NCBI GenBank assembly: GCA_046598045.1
Contig: JBKJJJ010000125.1
Location: 1-56,575 of the forward strand
DNA length: 56,575 bases
From: Candidatus Eiseniibacteriota bacterium
Lineage (GTDB): Bacteria > Eisenbacteria > RBG-16-71-46 > DASYSL01
Direction: 5' to 3'
The translations under genes and the position numbers were made by a program. The notes below the pieces were generated by a model that was not told the DNA's origin, did no database searches, and was given only the letters and a program-made list of their open reading frames with translations. Position 1 is the stretch's first letter; each line of letters starts with the position of its first letter. Shown here in pieces: positions 10,071 through 23,149 of this stretch.

Positions 10071-10337
10071 ATGCGCGAGGCCCGGCTCACGATCCTGAAC
10101 GAGGACGGCTTCCACGCCCGGCCGTGCAGCGCGTTCGTCCACATGGCCTCGCGCTTCCGCTCGGAGATCTTTTTGCGCCGGGACGACGTCGAAGTCAACG
10201 GCAAGAGCCTGCTCGGTGTCATGATGCTGGCAGCCGAGTCGGGGGCGGAGCTGATGGTCCGCGCCGACGGTCCGGACGAGGACGCAGCGATCGACGCGCT
10301 CACGAAGCTCGCGGAGGACCGGTTTGGCCAGGAGTGA
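10071..10337 (+). CDS. ptsH: Phosphocarrier protein HPr
   Basis: GFHARP (His15) and NGKSLLGVMML (Ser46). Confidence 0.96.
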   Translation: MREARLTILNEDGFHARPCSAFVHMASRFRSEIFLRRDDVEVNGKSLLGVMMLAAESGAELMVRADGPDEDAAIDALTKLAEDRFGQE

Positions 10338-12114
10338 CGCGCTCATGGGAATCGCCGCCTCGCCCGGGCTTGCGCTCGGGCCGGCGCGCGTGCTTGCCCC
10401 GCACGACGTGGACGTTCACCGCCGCATGCTCACCAGGGCGGAGGTCCCCGCGGAGCTCCACCGCTTCACGCGCGCGCTCGACGCCGCGCAGGCCGAACTC
10501 GAGGCGCTGGCCGAGCAGCTCGGCGCGCTCGGCGAGCTCGAGACCCGGCAGATCCTCGAGGTCCAGCGCATGCTGCTGGCGGACGCGAGCGTGCGCGCCG
10601 AGACCGCGCGCGCGATCGAGTCCGAGGGCGTCAACGCCGAGTTCGCGTTCCATCGCATCTTCGCGCAGGCCGCCGCCGCCTACGAGGCGAGTCCGACCGA
10701 GGTCTTCCGCGACCGGGCCGTCGATTTTCGCGACGTGTCGCGGCGCGTGCTCCGCCATCTGACCGGCGAAGGCGGGCGCACCGTGCTCGACCTCGACGTA
10801 CCGTGCGTGATCGTGGCGCATGACCTCGAGCCCTCGCAGACCATTCATTTCCACAAGGGCAAGGTGCTCGCCGTGGTCACCGACGTCGGCGGCCGCACGT
10901 CGCACTCGGCGCTGCTCGCGCGCTCGCACGGCATCCCGGCGGTGGTCGGCCTGCGCTCGGTCACGCACAAGATCAAGGACGGGGACCTGGTCGCGGTGGA
11001 CGGCTTCTCGGGCGCGGTGTGGCCGCGCCCCTCGACCCGGCGCGCCGCGCGCTTCAAGCGCCGCGCGCGCGTGCTCGAGGCGCACGGCAAGGAACTGGAG
11101 ACGCTGCGCGACCTGCCGGCGACCACGCCGGACGGGCGCACGGTCGAGCTGTCGGCGAATCTCGAGATCCCGGAGGAGATCGCGCACGTGATCGAGTCGG
11201 GCGCCTCCGGCGTCGGCCTCTACCGCACCGAGTTCTTCTACCTCGGGCGCGCGCACCTGCCGAGCGAGGAGGAGCAGTTCACCGCCTACCACGGCGTCGC
11301 ACAGCGCCTCCACCCGCGTCCGGTGATCATCCGCACGATGGACCTGGGCGGCGACAAGGTCGCGAGCTACCTCAACACCGAGACCGAGGCGAATCCGTTC
11401 CTCGGCTGGCGCGGCATCCGTTTCGCGCTCCACCACCCCGAGGTGTTCCGCACGCAGCTGCGCGCGATCTACCGCGCGAGCGTGAGCGGCAACGTCAAGC
11501 TCATGTTCCCGATGGTCACGACCTACGACGAGCTCGACCAGGCGCTGGCGCTGTGCGCGGACGTGCGCGCGGAGCTCGAGCGCGAGGGCCGCGCGTTCGA
11601 TGCCGACTGCGAGGTCGGCATGATGGTCGAGACGCCGTCGGCGGTGTGGTCGGCGGACCTGATGGCGAAACGCGTCGCGTTCTTCTCGGTGGGCTCGAAC
11701 GACCTCATCCAGTACACGCTCGCCATGGACCGCGGCAACGAGAAGATCGCGTACCTCTACGAGCCGCTCGATCCGTCGATCCTGCGCTCGATCCACGCCA
11801 CGGCGGAGGCCGGGCATCGCGCCGGGCGTTGTGTGGGCGTGTGCGGGGAGATGGCCGGCGATCCGCGCACCGCGATCCTCCTCCTGGGCATGGGCGTGGA
11901 CGAGTTTTCGGTCTCGCCGTTCGACCTGCCGCGCGTCAAGGCGGCGGTGCGCGCGGTGACGCACGCGCGCGCGAAGGAGCTCGCCGACAAGGCGCTCCAG
12001 TTGCCGACCGCGACCGCGATCAAGCAGCTGCTCGTGCGCGAACTCGATCCCTTCCTGCCGGCGATCCTGCTCAGCGGCGACGGCGGCGAAGGCGGGGACG
12101 ATGGCGACGCCTAG
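10324..12114 (+). CDS. ptsI: PEP-protein phosphotransferase (Enzyme I)
   Basis: GGRTSHSALLAR, GVGLYRTEF, EANPFLGWRGIR, GSNDLIQY, CGEMAG; start TTG 10324 or ATG 10345. Confidence 0.96.
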   Translation: MARSDALMGIAASPGLALGPARVLAPHDVDVHRRMLTRAEVPAELHRFTRALDAAQAELEALAEQLGALGELETRQILEVQRMLLADASVRAETARAIESEGVNAEFAFHRIFAQAAAAYEASPTEVFRDRAVDFRDVSRRVLRHLTGEGGRTVLDLDVPCVIVAHDLEPSQTIHFHKGKVLAVVTDVGGRTSHSALLARSHGIPAVVGLRSVTHKIKDGDLVAVDGFSGAVWPRPSTRRAARFKRRARVLEAHGKELETLRDLPATTPDGRTVELSANLEIPEEIAHVIESGASGVGLYRTEFFYLGRAHLPSEEEQFTAYHGVAQRLHPRPVIIRTMDLGGDKVASYLNTETEANPFLGWRGIRFALHHPEVFRTQLRAIYRASVSGNVKLMFPMVTTYDELDQALALCADVRAELEREGRAFDADCEVGMMVETPSAVWSADLMAKRVAFFSVGSNDLIQYTLAMDRGNEKIAYLYEPLDPSILRSIHATAEAGHRAGRCVGVCGEMAGDPRTAILLLGMGVDEFSVSPFDLPRVKAAVRAVTHARAKELADKALQLPTATAIKQLLVRELDPFLPAILLSGDGGEGGDDGDA

Positions 12115-13216
12115 CCTGTCGCCGGCGGACTGCGTCGCCGTCGACCGCTCGGACATGGCCGCCCTGATCGCGGCGTGGCCGGAACAGGTGCGCGCCCAGC
12201 GCGCCGCGCTCGACGCCGATCCATGGCCTGCGATGCCCGCGCCCTCGCTGCTCGCACTCGGCGGGATGGGCGGCTCGGCGATCGCGGGCGACCTCGTGTT
12301 CGGCCTGGCGCAGGACCGGCTCCCGTTCCCGGCGCTGGTGGTGCGCGACTATCGCTGGCCGGCCGCGGTCCGGGGCGATGCGCTGGCGGTCCTCTCGAGC
12401 TACTCGGGCGCGACCGAGGAGACCCTGGCGCTCCTGCACGAGGCCGAGACGCGCGGCCTCAAGCGGGTCGGGCTGACCACGGGCGGGGCGCTGGCGGCCC
12501 GGCTGACGGACGCGAATGCCCCGTGGCGCGGGCTCCCCGCGGGCCTTCCCCCGCGCGCCGCACTCGGTTATTCTGTCGTGTCTTTGGCCCGATTGCTCGA
12601 AGCGCTGGGCGACCCGGGGGAGGGCGAGGCGGCGTGGCAGGAGGCGCTTGCCGTGCTCGACGACGGCAACGCGCGGTATGCGCCGGCAGCCCCGGAGGCC
12701 TCGAATCCGGCCAAGGCGCTGGCGCGCGCCCTGGTGGGGCGCGCCGTCCTCGTTTACGGGGCGGCGGGTCGCTCGGCCGCGGTCGCGCGACGGTGGAAGG
12801 GCCAGGTCAACGAGAACGCCAAGATGCCGGCGTTCGACGGCGCGCTGCCCGAGATGAACCACAACGAGATCGTGGGCTGGCAGGCGCTTCCCGACCTGCA
12901 CGCGCGCTGGGCGGCGGTGTTCCTCGCCGACGCGTCGGACGCGCCCCGCATCGCGCGCAGGCGCGCGATCACTTCGGCGATCCTGGCCGAAGAGGGGATC
13001 GAGCCGCACACGGCCGAGTCGCGCGGAGAGTCGCCCCTCGCGCGCGTCCTGTCGCTCGTGCAACTGGGCGACTGGGTGAGCTTTTACCTGGCGGTGCTGG
13101 CGGGCGTCGATCCGACGCCCATCGTGAAGATCGATCGTCTCAAGCGGGAACTGGGCGCCGCCGACGCGGCCGCGCCCGCCCCCGCGCCGACGGACACAGG
13201 GAGGACCCCTCGATGA
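12101..13216 (+). CDS. Bifunctional phosphoglucose/phosphomannose isomerase
   Basis: [38 protein letters not shown]. Confidence 0.92.
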   Translation: MATPSLSPADCVAVDRSDMAALIAAWPEQVRAQRAALDADPWPAMPAPSLLALGGMGGSAIAGDLVFGLAQDRLPFPALVVRDYRWPAAVRGDALAVLSSYSGATEETLALLHEAETRGLKRVGLTTGGALAARLTDANAPWRGLPAGLPPRAALGYSVVSLARLLEALGDPGEGEAAWQEALAVLDDGNARYAPAAPEASNPAKALARALVGRAVLVYGAAGRSAAVARRWKGQVNENAKMPAFDGALPEMNHNEIVGWQALPDLHARWAAVFLADASDAPRIARRRAITSAILAEEGIEPHTAESRGESPLARVLSLVQLGDWVSFYLAVLAGVDPTPIVKIDRLKRELGAADAAAPAPAPTDTGRTPR

Positions 13217-14217
13217 GCCCAGCTCGCGGCACGCGCGCGATCATACCGGTCGCGGGCGTGGGCTCGAGGTTACGGCCGCACACGCACACCATGCCCAAGG
13301 CGTTGATCCACGTCGCGGGCCGGCCGATCCTTGCGCACATCCTCGACGACCTGGAGCAGCTGGGCGTCAAGGACGTGGTCCTGGTCGTGGGCCACATGGG
13401 CGACCACATCCGCGAGTACGTGGACGCCCACTACGCGCACCTGAATCGCTCGTACGTGGACCAGCCCGAGCGGCTCGGGCTCGGTCACGCCGTGCGCATG
13501 ACGCGCGACCTGGTCGAGCCGCACCCGGCGTTCATCGTGCTCGGGGACACGATCTTCCGCGCCGACTTCTCGGAGATCGTGGGAGGCGGGGAGAGCCGCA
13601 TCGGGGTCAAGGAGGTCGAGGACCCGCGGCGCTTCGGCATCGTCGAGGTCAAGGACGGCTTCGCCGTGCGCCTGGTCGAGAAACCCGACCAGCCCACGTC
13701 GAACCTGGCGATCGTCGGCGTGTACTACATCGCGGACACGCCGATGCTGTTCGAGGCGCTCGACACGCTGGTGGAGAAGGACATCCGCACCAAGGGCGAG
13801 TACCAGCTGACGGACGCCCTGCAGCTGATGATCGAACGCGGCCACAGGATCCGCCCGTTCACCGTCGACGGGTGGTACGACTGCGGCAAGACCGAGACGC
13901 TGCTCGAGACCAACCGCGAGTTGCTCGAGCTCAAGGGCGCGCCCTATCCGGCCGTCGCGCCGCCCGGCACGGTGTTCGTGCCGCCGGTGGCAATCGATCC
14001 GAGCGCGATCATCGAGCGCTCGATCGTGGGTCCATTCGTGTCGATCGCCGCGCGCGCCGTGGTGCGCGAGGCGATCGTACGCGACTCGATCGTGAACGAG
14101 GACGCCGTCGTCGAGCAGATCCTGCTCGAGGGATCGGTGATCGGAGAAAACGCGCTGGTGCGCGGGACGTTTCGCCATCTGAACGTCGGGGACTCCTCCG
14201 AAGTGCGCATGGGATGA
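13213..14217 (+). CDS. Sugar-phosphate nucleotidyltransferase (glucose-1-P thymidylyltransferase-like, long form)
   Basis: [28 protein letters not shown]-terminal hexapeptide-like repeats. Confidence 0.88.
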   Translation: MSPARGTRAIIPVAGVGSRLRPHTHTMPKALIHVAGRPILAHILDDLEQLGVKDVVLVVGHMGDHIREYVDAHYAHLNRSYVDQPERLGLGHAVRMTRDLVEPHPAFIVLGDTIFRADFSEIVGGGESRIGVKEVEDPRRFGIVEVKDGFAVRLVEKPDQPTSNLAIVGVYYIADTPMLFEALDTLVEKDIRTKGEYQLTDALQLMIERGHRIRPFTVDGWYDCGKTETLLETNRELLELKGAPYPAVAPPGTVFVPPVAIDPSAIIERSIVGPFVSIAARAVVREAIVRDSIVNEDAVVEQILLEGSVIGENALVRGTFRHLNVGDSSEVRMG

Positions 14218-14255
14218 CGCGCGGGGGCCCTGCAAACGTGAGCAAGGGAGATTCC

Positions 14256-16706
<2,451 letters not shown>

Positions 16707-16707
<1 letters not shown>

Positions 16708-19337
16708 TGTCGAGAACGCGCTCGCGGGCGTCGCGGGCGCCGCGTGGGACCGATGCCCCCGCAGGCGGGGATCCCATGAAGCCCAGTGCCATGCGCATCG
16801 AGTTGTCCGAACGCCGGCAGAGGCATGTCGCGGGGGTGCTGCTCACGGCCCTCGCGCTCCTCGTCGGCGCGAGCCTGGTGACGTACCGGGCGCCGCAGGC
16901 GGGGGAGTCGTTCTGGAGTACCCCGAATGCGAGCGGCCCGCTCGGCGCGTGGCTGGCGCACCAGCTCGTCAGGGCGTGGGGACGGATCGCCGTGTTCGGT
17001 GTCCCGATCCTGTTCCTGGCGTGGGGCATCAATCGTCTGCGCGCCCGTCCGGCGGCGCCGCTCGCGCTCGAAAGCGCGTTCGGCACGCTGCTCACGGTCG
17101 AGGCGCTCGGCCTGGGCGGGCTGTTCGGCCCGGCCGGACGCGCGTGGACCGGCGCGGTCGGGCAGGGACTGGCCGGGCTTGCCGTGGGCGTGCTCGGGCC
17201 GGTCGGCGGCGCGATCGCGCTGGTCGCGCTCTTCCTCGTCAGCGGAATGATCGCCTCCGAAATCGGCTTCGGCCTCGTCACCACGGCGTGGCGCCTGTTC
17301 GTCAAGGCGCCGGCGCGCGCGGTGCTCGAGGGCGCGCGCGAACGCCATGCCCGGGCGCGTGCCGAGAGCCTCGCCGGCGCGCCGCCTGGGACCGATGCCG
17401 CCCTGGCGGGCGCGGTCGCGATCGAGCCGGTGCGCCGCCGACGCGAGCCGCGCGTGCGCGATGCCGGGGAGGCCGCACTCGCGCCCGAGGACGCCGTGCC
17501 GGTGGCGCCGCGCATCGTGACCGCCCGCCCGGTGACCGAGGGCGACGCCCTCGCGGCCGCCCGGCGCGCGGAGGCGGACGCGCGCGAAGCCCGCGTAAGG
17601 GAGAAGGAAGCGCGCGCGTTCGAACGCGCGCGCCCGAAGGACGCCGTGCCGCCGGCGCGGACGCAGGGCGAGATCCCGTTTGCCTCCGGGATCGCCGACG
17701 CTGCCGTGGAGGACACGCTCGCCGCCGAGGCCGCCGGGGAAGGGGAGATCGGCGGGCCGAAGCCCGGGGAGGATCCCGATGCGCCACTGACCGCGGGCAT
17801 GGCCGGCCTCGCCGGCACCGCGGCCGCCGCGCGCGCGATGGGCGCGAGCACGCTCGTGCGCCAACCCGAGATCCCGCGCATCCCCTACAAGCCCGGCGAC
17901 CTGCCCGGCCTCGACCTGCTCGAGGACGCGCCCGAGACCGTCGAGCCCATCAGCGAGCAGGAACTGACCGCCGAGGCGCAGCTGCTGACCGCGAAGATGC
18001 TCGACTTCGGCATCACCGGTCGCGTGACCGAGGTGCACCCCGGACCGGTCGTGACCATGTACGAGTTCGAGCCGGCGGCCGGCATCAAGGTGTCGCAGAT
18101 CACGAGCCGCGAGGACGACCTGGCGCTCGCCATGCGCGCGCGCCAGATCCGGATCCTCGCGCCGATCCCGGGCAAGGCCGCGGTCGGCATCGAGATTCCG
18201 AACAAGAAGCCGCGTACGGTGTACCTCAAGGAGGTGCTCGCCTCGGAGTCATACCGGGGCGAGAAGGGCGCGCTCAAGATCGTGCTCGGCGTCGACGCGG
18301 GGGGCAATCCGTTCGCCTACGACATCTCGAAGATGCCGCACGTGCTGGTCGCGGGCGCGACCGGCGCGGGCAAGAGCGTCTATCTCAACGTGCTGGTGAC
18401 CAGCCTGCTCTACGGGCACGGCCCCGACACGCTCAAGTTCGTCATGGTGGATCCCAAGATGCTCGAGCTCACCGGCTACAACGGCATCCCGCACCTGCTC
18501 ATGCCGGTGGTGACCGATGCCAAGCGCGCATCGCGCGCGCTGCGCTGGACGGTGGGGGAGATGGAGCGCCGCTATAAGCTCCTCGCCGGCACCGGGGCGC
18601 GCAACATCGAGGGTTTCAACAGCAAGCTCGCCGGTCCGAACCCGCCGACCGACGCCGAGGGTGGCGCCCTCGAGCCGCTGCCCTACATCGTGGTGCTGGT
18701 CGACGAGCTGGCCGACCTCATGCTCACCGCGCCGCTCGACATCGAGGAGCCGATCGCCCGCCTGGCGCAGATGGCGCGCGCCGTCGGCATCCACCTCGTG
18801 CTCGCGACGCAGCGCCCATCGGTCGATGTGCTGACCGGGGTGATCAAGGCCAACTTCCCGTCGCGCATCGCTTTCCAGGTGGCATCCAAGGTGGATTCGA
18901 GGACTATCCTCGACATGAACGGCGCCGAAGCGCTGCTCGGCCACGGCGACATGCTGTTCCTGCCCGCCGGCAAGCCCGAGCCCTATCGCATCCACGCGCC
19001 CTGGCTGTCCGAGCCCGAGGCCTCGCGCGTTGCCGACTACTGGCGCGCGCGCGCGCCGCTCAAGCCGCCGCCGTCGATCGAGGACCAGGTGGTCGACGAC
19101 GCCGAGGGCGACGACGAGGAGGACGACGCGCTCGTGCCCGAGGCGATCCGGCTGGTGATCATGCACCAGCAGGGCTCGACCTCGCTGCTGCAGCGCCGCC
19201 TCAAGGTCGGCTACTCGCGCGCATCGCGCCTGATGGACCGCCTCGAGTCGATGGGCGTGGTCGGTCCGTTCATGGGCTCCAAGGCGCGCGACGTGCTGGT
19301 CGACGAATCCTACCTCGAAGAACTGGAGCGCCATTGA
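16707..19337 (+). CDS. ftsK: DNA translocase FtsK
   Basis: N-terminal TM segments, Ala-rich linker, AGATGAGKS, DELADLM, ATQRPS, gamma domain LQRRLKVGYSRA; start uncertain. Confidence 0.96.
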
Positions 19338-20824
19338 ACCGCGGAGCCCGCACGGGCACAGGCGTGGTGGACGGCAAGGCGCCTCGCGGGAAGGACGCCC
19401 CGCGCCTCGCGTTCGTCACGCTCGGCTGCCCCAAGAACCAGGTCGACTCCGAGGCCATGCTCGGGCTGCTCGCGCGCGACGGCTTCCGTCCGACGGGCAC
19501 GGTCGAGGATGCCGAGATCGTGGTCGTCAACACCTGCGCGTTCCTCTCGAGCGCGGTGGACGAGAGCCGGAAGACGATCAAGGCGATCGCGCGCCTGAAG
19601 AAGACCGGCAGGCTCGAGGGCCTGGTGGTCGCCGGCTGCTGGGCGCAGCGAGACGGCGCGAAGATCGCCGCCGAGATCCCGGGCGTCGACGCCGTGCTCG
19701 GCACCGGCTCGGTGGAGAAGATCGTCGAGCTTTCGCGTTCGGTGCTTGCGCGCGCCCGGGAGCTCGCGCCACGCGCAACCGCCCGCGGCGGGGCCACGCG
19801 CCCGGCCCGCGCGCCGCGGCCCGGCCCGCTGGACGAGGTGCACGAGCCGGGCGGCGCGTTGACGCCGCTGCCGCGCGCGCTGTCCACGCCGCGCCACCTC
19901 GCGTACCTCAAGATCAGCGAGGGCTGCGACCACCGCTGCACGTTCTGCATCATTCCCGTGCTGCGCGGCGACCAGCGGAGCCGCCCGCTGGCAGAGCTCG
20001 TCGCCGAGGCGCGCACGCTCGCGGCGCACGGCGTCAAGGAACTGATCCTGATCGGCCAGGACACGACCGCCTACGGCATCGACCTGCCCGGAACGGCCCG
20101 GCCGAGGCTCGCGACCTTGCTCAAGGCGCTCACCGAGGTCGAAGGCCTGGAGTGGATCCGCGTCATGTACACCTATCCCCGCGAGTGGGACGAGGAGCTG
20201 ATGGACACGCTCGGCTCGCACCCCAAGCTCGCGAAGTACGTGGACATGCCGCTCCAGCACATCCACGATGTCATGCTCAAGCGCATGGCCCGCGCCTCGA
20301 CGCGCGCAAAGACCGAGCAGTTGCTGGCGGACATCAGGCGCCGCATTTCGGGCGTCAGCCTGCGCACCTCGTTCATCGTCGGCTTCCCGGGCGAGACCAA
20401 GGAACACTTCGATACGCTGATGGATTTCGCGCGGGCGCAGGAATTCGATAAGGTCGTGGTGTTCTGTTACGAACCCGAACGCGAGGCGCCCTCGTCCGCG
20501 TTTTCGGGGCGCGTGCCGGAGCGGGTCAAGGCGTCGCGCAGGGATCGCCTGCTCACGCTGCAGCACGAGATCTCGACCCGCCGCCTGGCCGCTCGCATCG
20601 GGAGCGTGCAACGCGCGCTGATCGATGGGCCCGCCGAGGGCGGGCGCTGGTCCGCCCGCACGCAGGGCGAGGCCTACGAAGTGGACGGCGCCGTCTTCGT
20701 CGAAGGGGACGGCCTCAAGCCGGGTGACTTCGTGTCGGTGCGCATCACCGGCGCAAGCGCCTATGACCTGTGGGCCACGGCGCTCGCGCCCGCCACTCTG
20801 GTTTCTCCTGGAGGCATTCGATGA
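19334..20824 (+). CDS. rimO: Ribosomal protein S12 methylthiotransferase
   Basis: LGCPKNQVDSE, YLKISEGCDHRCTFC radical SAM motif, C-terminal TRAM (EVDG). Confidence 0.95.
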   Translation: MNRGARTGTGVVDGKAPRGKDAPRLAFVTLGCPKNQVDSEAMLGLLARDGFRPTGTVEDAEIVVVNTCAFLSSAVDESRKTIKAIARLKKTGRLEGLVVAGCWAQRDGAKIAAEIPGVDAVLGTGSVEKIVELSRSVLARARELAPRATARGGATRPARAPRPGPLDEVHEPGGALTPLPRALSTPRHLAYLKISEGCDHRCTFCIIPVLRGDQRSRPLAELVAEARTLAAHGVKELILIGQDTTAYGIDLPGTARPRLATLLKALTEVEGLEWIRVMYTYPREWDEELMDTLGSHPKLAKYVDMPLQHIHDVMLKRMARASTRAKTEQLLADIRRRISGVSLRTSFIVGFPGETKEHFDTLMDFARAQEFDKVVVFCYEPEREAPSSAFSGRVPERVKASRRDRLLTLQHEISTRRLAARIGSVQRALIDGPAEGGRWSARTQGEAYEVDGAVFVEGDGLKPGDFVSVRITGASAYDLWATALAPATLVSPGGIR

Positions 20825-21717
20825 CGTTTCGCTGCGCCTTCCCCGTCGCCGCGACCCTCTGTGCCCTCGTCCTTTCCGTTCCGATGTTCGTCCATGCCGC
20901 CGTCGCGCCCGCGCCATCGCGCCGGGTCGCGCCGCCGTCGAACGCCCGGCTGCTCCAGTCGGCGGTGCGCGCCGTGTGCGACCGGCTGGTGGCCGCTGCG
21001 CCGATCATGCCCGGCACCAAGATCGCGTTGCGCGCGGAGGGGGCCCAGCCGCTCGAGGCCGACGTCGCGGACGCGCTGCTCCAGGCGCTCAACGCGCGGC
21101 ACATCGACTGCGTGCTGCTGATGCCTGCTTCCGTACCCGACACGGGGACCGCTCAGGCCGAGCCGCCGAAGCCGACCGGCCCTCGAGGCGGCGCGGCGCC
21201 GCCGAGCGGCTCGATCTCGGGCGGCGGACTCGGTGAATTCGCGCGCCTGCAGGCCGAGCGTGCGGCGCAGGCCGCGCGCGCCGACTCGATCGCGAAGGCC
21301 ACGAACGCGCCGGCGGCGGCGTCCGCGCCCCCGGTCGGGGCGAGCCCGTCCCTGCTCTCGACGGGCGCCGGGAATCTTCCCGTGGTCGCGTTCCGGGTGG
21401 CCGAGGCGCGTGTCGACTATGTGCGCGAATACCACGGCGGGCTCTTCGGCGCCGTGCGCGTCGAGCGCCGCGCGACCGCGCGCCTCGGCTTGCGGCTGAC
21501 CAACCCCGGCAGCGACGCGGTGAGCTGGTCGGCGAGCGCGGACACGTCGTTCGGCGACGTCGTGCTGCGGTCGGACCTCGGGGCCGTCGAGGATCGCCAG
21601 CGGCCCGAGACCCGGCCGGTCGCGCCCTCCTCCGGGCTGGGCAAGATCGTCGAGCCGGTGCTGGTGGTGGTCCTGATCGCGGGGCTGGTGAGCCTGTTCT
21701 ACCAGAATCGCCCGTGA
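20821..21717 (+). CDS. Hypothetical exported protein with C-terminal hydrophobic tail
   Basis: Signal peptide-like N-terminus, Pro/Ala linker, C-terminus KIVEPVLVVVLIAGLVSLFYQNRP; 4-nt overlaps with rimO and bamD. Confidence 0.75.
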   Translation: MTFRCAFPVAATLCALVLSVPMFVHAAVAPAPSRRVAPPSNARLLQSAVRAVCDRLVAAAPIMPGTKIALRAEGAQPLEADVADALLQALNARHIDCVLLMPASVPDTGTAQAEPPKPTGPRGGAAPPSGSISGGGLGEFARLQAERAAQAARADSIAKATNAPAAASAPPVGASPSLLSTGAGNLPVVAFRVAEARVDYVREYHGGLFGAVRVERRATARLGLRLTNPGSDAVSWSASADTSFGDVVLRSDLGAVEDRQRPETRPVAPSSGLGKIVEPVLVVVLIAGLVSLFYQNRP

Positions 21718-22544
21718 GCGCGCGCGCGCGGCTCCCGGCGTTTGTCGGTCTCCTCGCCCTCCTGGCCGTGTTCGGTGGTTGCGCCACCGGCGGGGGCCGT
21801 CCGCTCGCACCGTCGTCGGGCCCGGACCAGCTCCGCGTGGCGAAGCTGCGCTACGACCAGCACCAGTACGCGGACGCGGTCGAGCTGCTCAAGGGGTACC
21901 TGCAGTTCCAGAGCGGCGCACCGGATCTCGACGAGGCGCACTTCATCCTCGGCATGTGCTACGTCAAGCGCCAGGAGTGGCCGCTGGCCGCGACCGAGTT
22001 CCAGATCCTCGTCTCCGACTTCACCGACTCGCGCCGGCTCGCCGACGCGCACTACCGGCTCGGCATGGCGTACTGGAAGCAGACGCACGGCGCGCCCTAC
22101 GACCAGGACATGACGAAGCGCTCGATCGGACAGTTCGACCGGCTCCTCAGCCTCTTCCCCGATCACCCGCAAGCCGTCGAGATCAAGGGACTCAAGCTGC
22201 GGGCGCGCGACCGGCTGGCGGAGAAGGGATTCCGCAACGGTGCGCTCTACCTCAAGCTCCATTTCTATTCCCCGGCGCGCTATTACTTCAACCTGGTGCG
22301 CAAGGACTACCCCGAGTCGGCGTGGGCCGAGCGCGCTCTCTCCGGCGAGGCGGAGGCGCTGTCGGGTCTCAACCGCGTGCCCGAGGCGCGACAACTGCTT
22401 GAGGCGAACGTCGCGAAGCTGACCGACGGCGAGGCGCGCCGCAGGGCGGACCACCTGATCAAGAGGTTCGGGCCCGGCCCGGTCTCCGCGCCGGACTCGG
22501 TCGGCGCCGTGGCGCCGCCCGACTCCGCCGGAGCCCCGGGGTGA
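21714..22544 (+). CDS. bamD: Outer membrane protein assembly factor BamD
   Basis: Lipobox FGGC, TPR repeats, YDQDMT, LAEK...YLK pattern. Confidence 0.88.
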   Translation: MSARARLPAFVGLLALLAVFGGCATGGGRPLAPSSGPDQLRVAKLRYDQHQYADAVELLKGYLQFQSGAPDLDEAHFILGMCYVKRQEWPLAATEFQILVSDFTDSRRLADAHYRLGMAYWKQTHGAPYDQDMTKRSIGQFDRLLSLFPDHPQAVEIKGLKLRARDRLAEKGFRNGALYLKLHFYSPARYYFNLVRKDYPESAWAERALSGEAEALSGLNRVPEARQLLEANVAKLTDGEARRRADHLIKRFGPGPVSAPDSVGAVAPPDSAGAPG

Positions 22545-23149
22545 AGCCGCGTCGCGCCGGTCGCATCGGCGTCTTCGGGGGCACGTTCGATCCGCCGCAC
22601 CTCGGCCACCTGCTGTTCGCGGAGTGTGCACGCGAGACGCTCGCGCTCGACCGCGTCGTGTTCATGCCCGCGCGCATCGCGCCCCACAAGATCGGCCGGC
22701 GCGTGAGCCCGGTCGAGGTCCGCCTGCGCCTGCTCCGAGCCGCGCTGCGCGGCACCGGGTTCGCGCTCTCGACGCTCGAAGCTTCGCGCCCGGGGCCCTC
22801 GTATACCGTGGACACGCTCGAAGCCTTTCGCCGCCGCCATGCGGGCTCCCAACTCCACCTGTTGGTCGGGGCGGACAGCCTCCTCGATTTGCCGACGTGG
22901 CGCGATCCCGAAATGATCCTCGAGCTCGCCACCCTGGTGGTCGCGCGGCGGCCCGGGTTCCCCGAGGCGCGCGTCCGCGCGGCGGTCCGCAAGCGCGTGC
23001 GCTGGCTCGCGAACACGCCGGTCGACATTGCCGCCAGCGACCTGCGCGCGCGCGTCGCGGCCGGGCGCTCGATCCGGTTCCTCACGCCGCCGGCCGTCGA
23101 ACGCCTGATCCAAGAGCTCGGGCTCTACGGCGGGAGGCCGCGGCGATGA
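22541..23149 (+). CDS. nadD: Nicotinate-nucleotide adenylyltransferase
   Basis: GGTFDPPHLGH, SYTVDTL, GADS, W..P. Confidence 0.96.
   Translation: MKPRRAGRIGVFGGTFDPPHLGHLLFAECARETLALDRVVFMPARIAPHKIGRRVSPVEVRLRLLRAALRGTGFALSTLEASRPGPSYTVDTLEAFRRRHAGSQLHLLVGADSLLDLPTWRDPEMILELATLVVARRPGFPEARVRAAVRKRVRWLANTPVDIAASDLRARVAAGRSIRFLTPPAVERLIQELGLYGGRPRR

Noticed and set aside
14218..14255. SAM or SAH riboswitch upstream of metK or ahcY
   Set aside because: Intergenic gaps are only about 28-38 nt and no aptamer consensus is visible.
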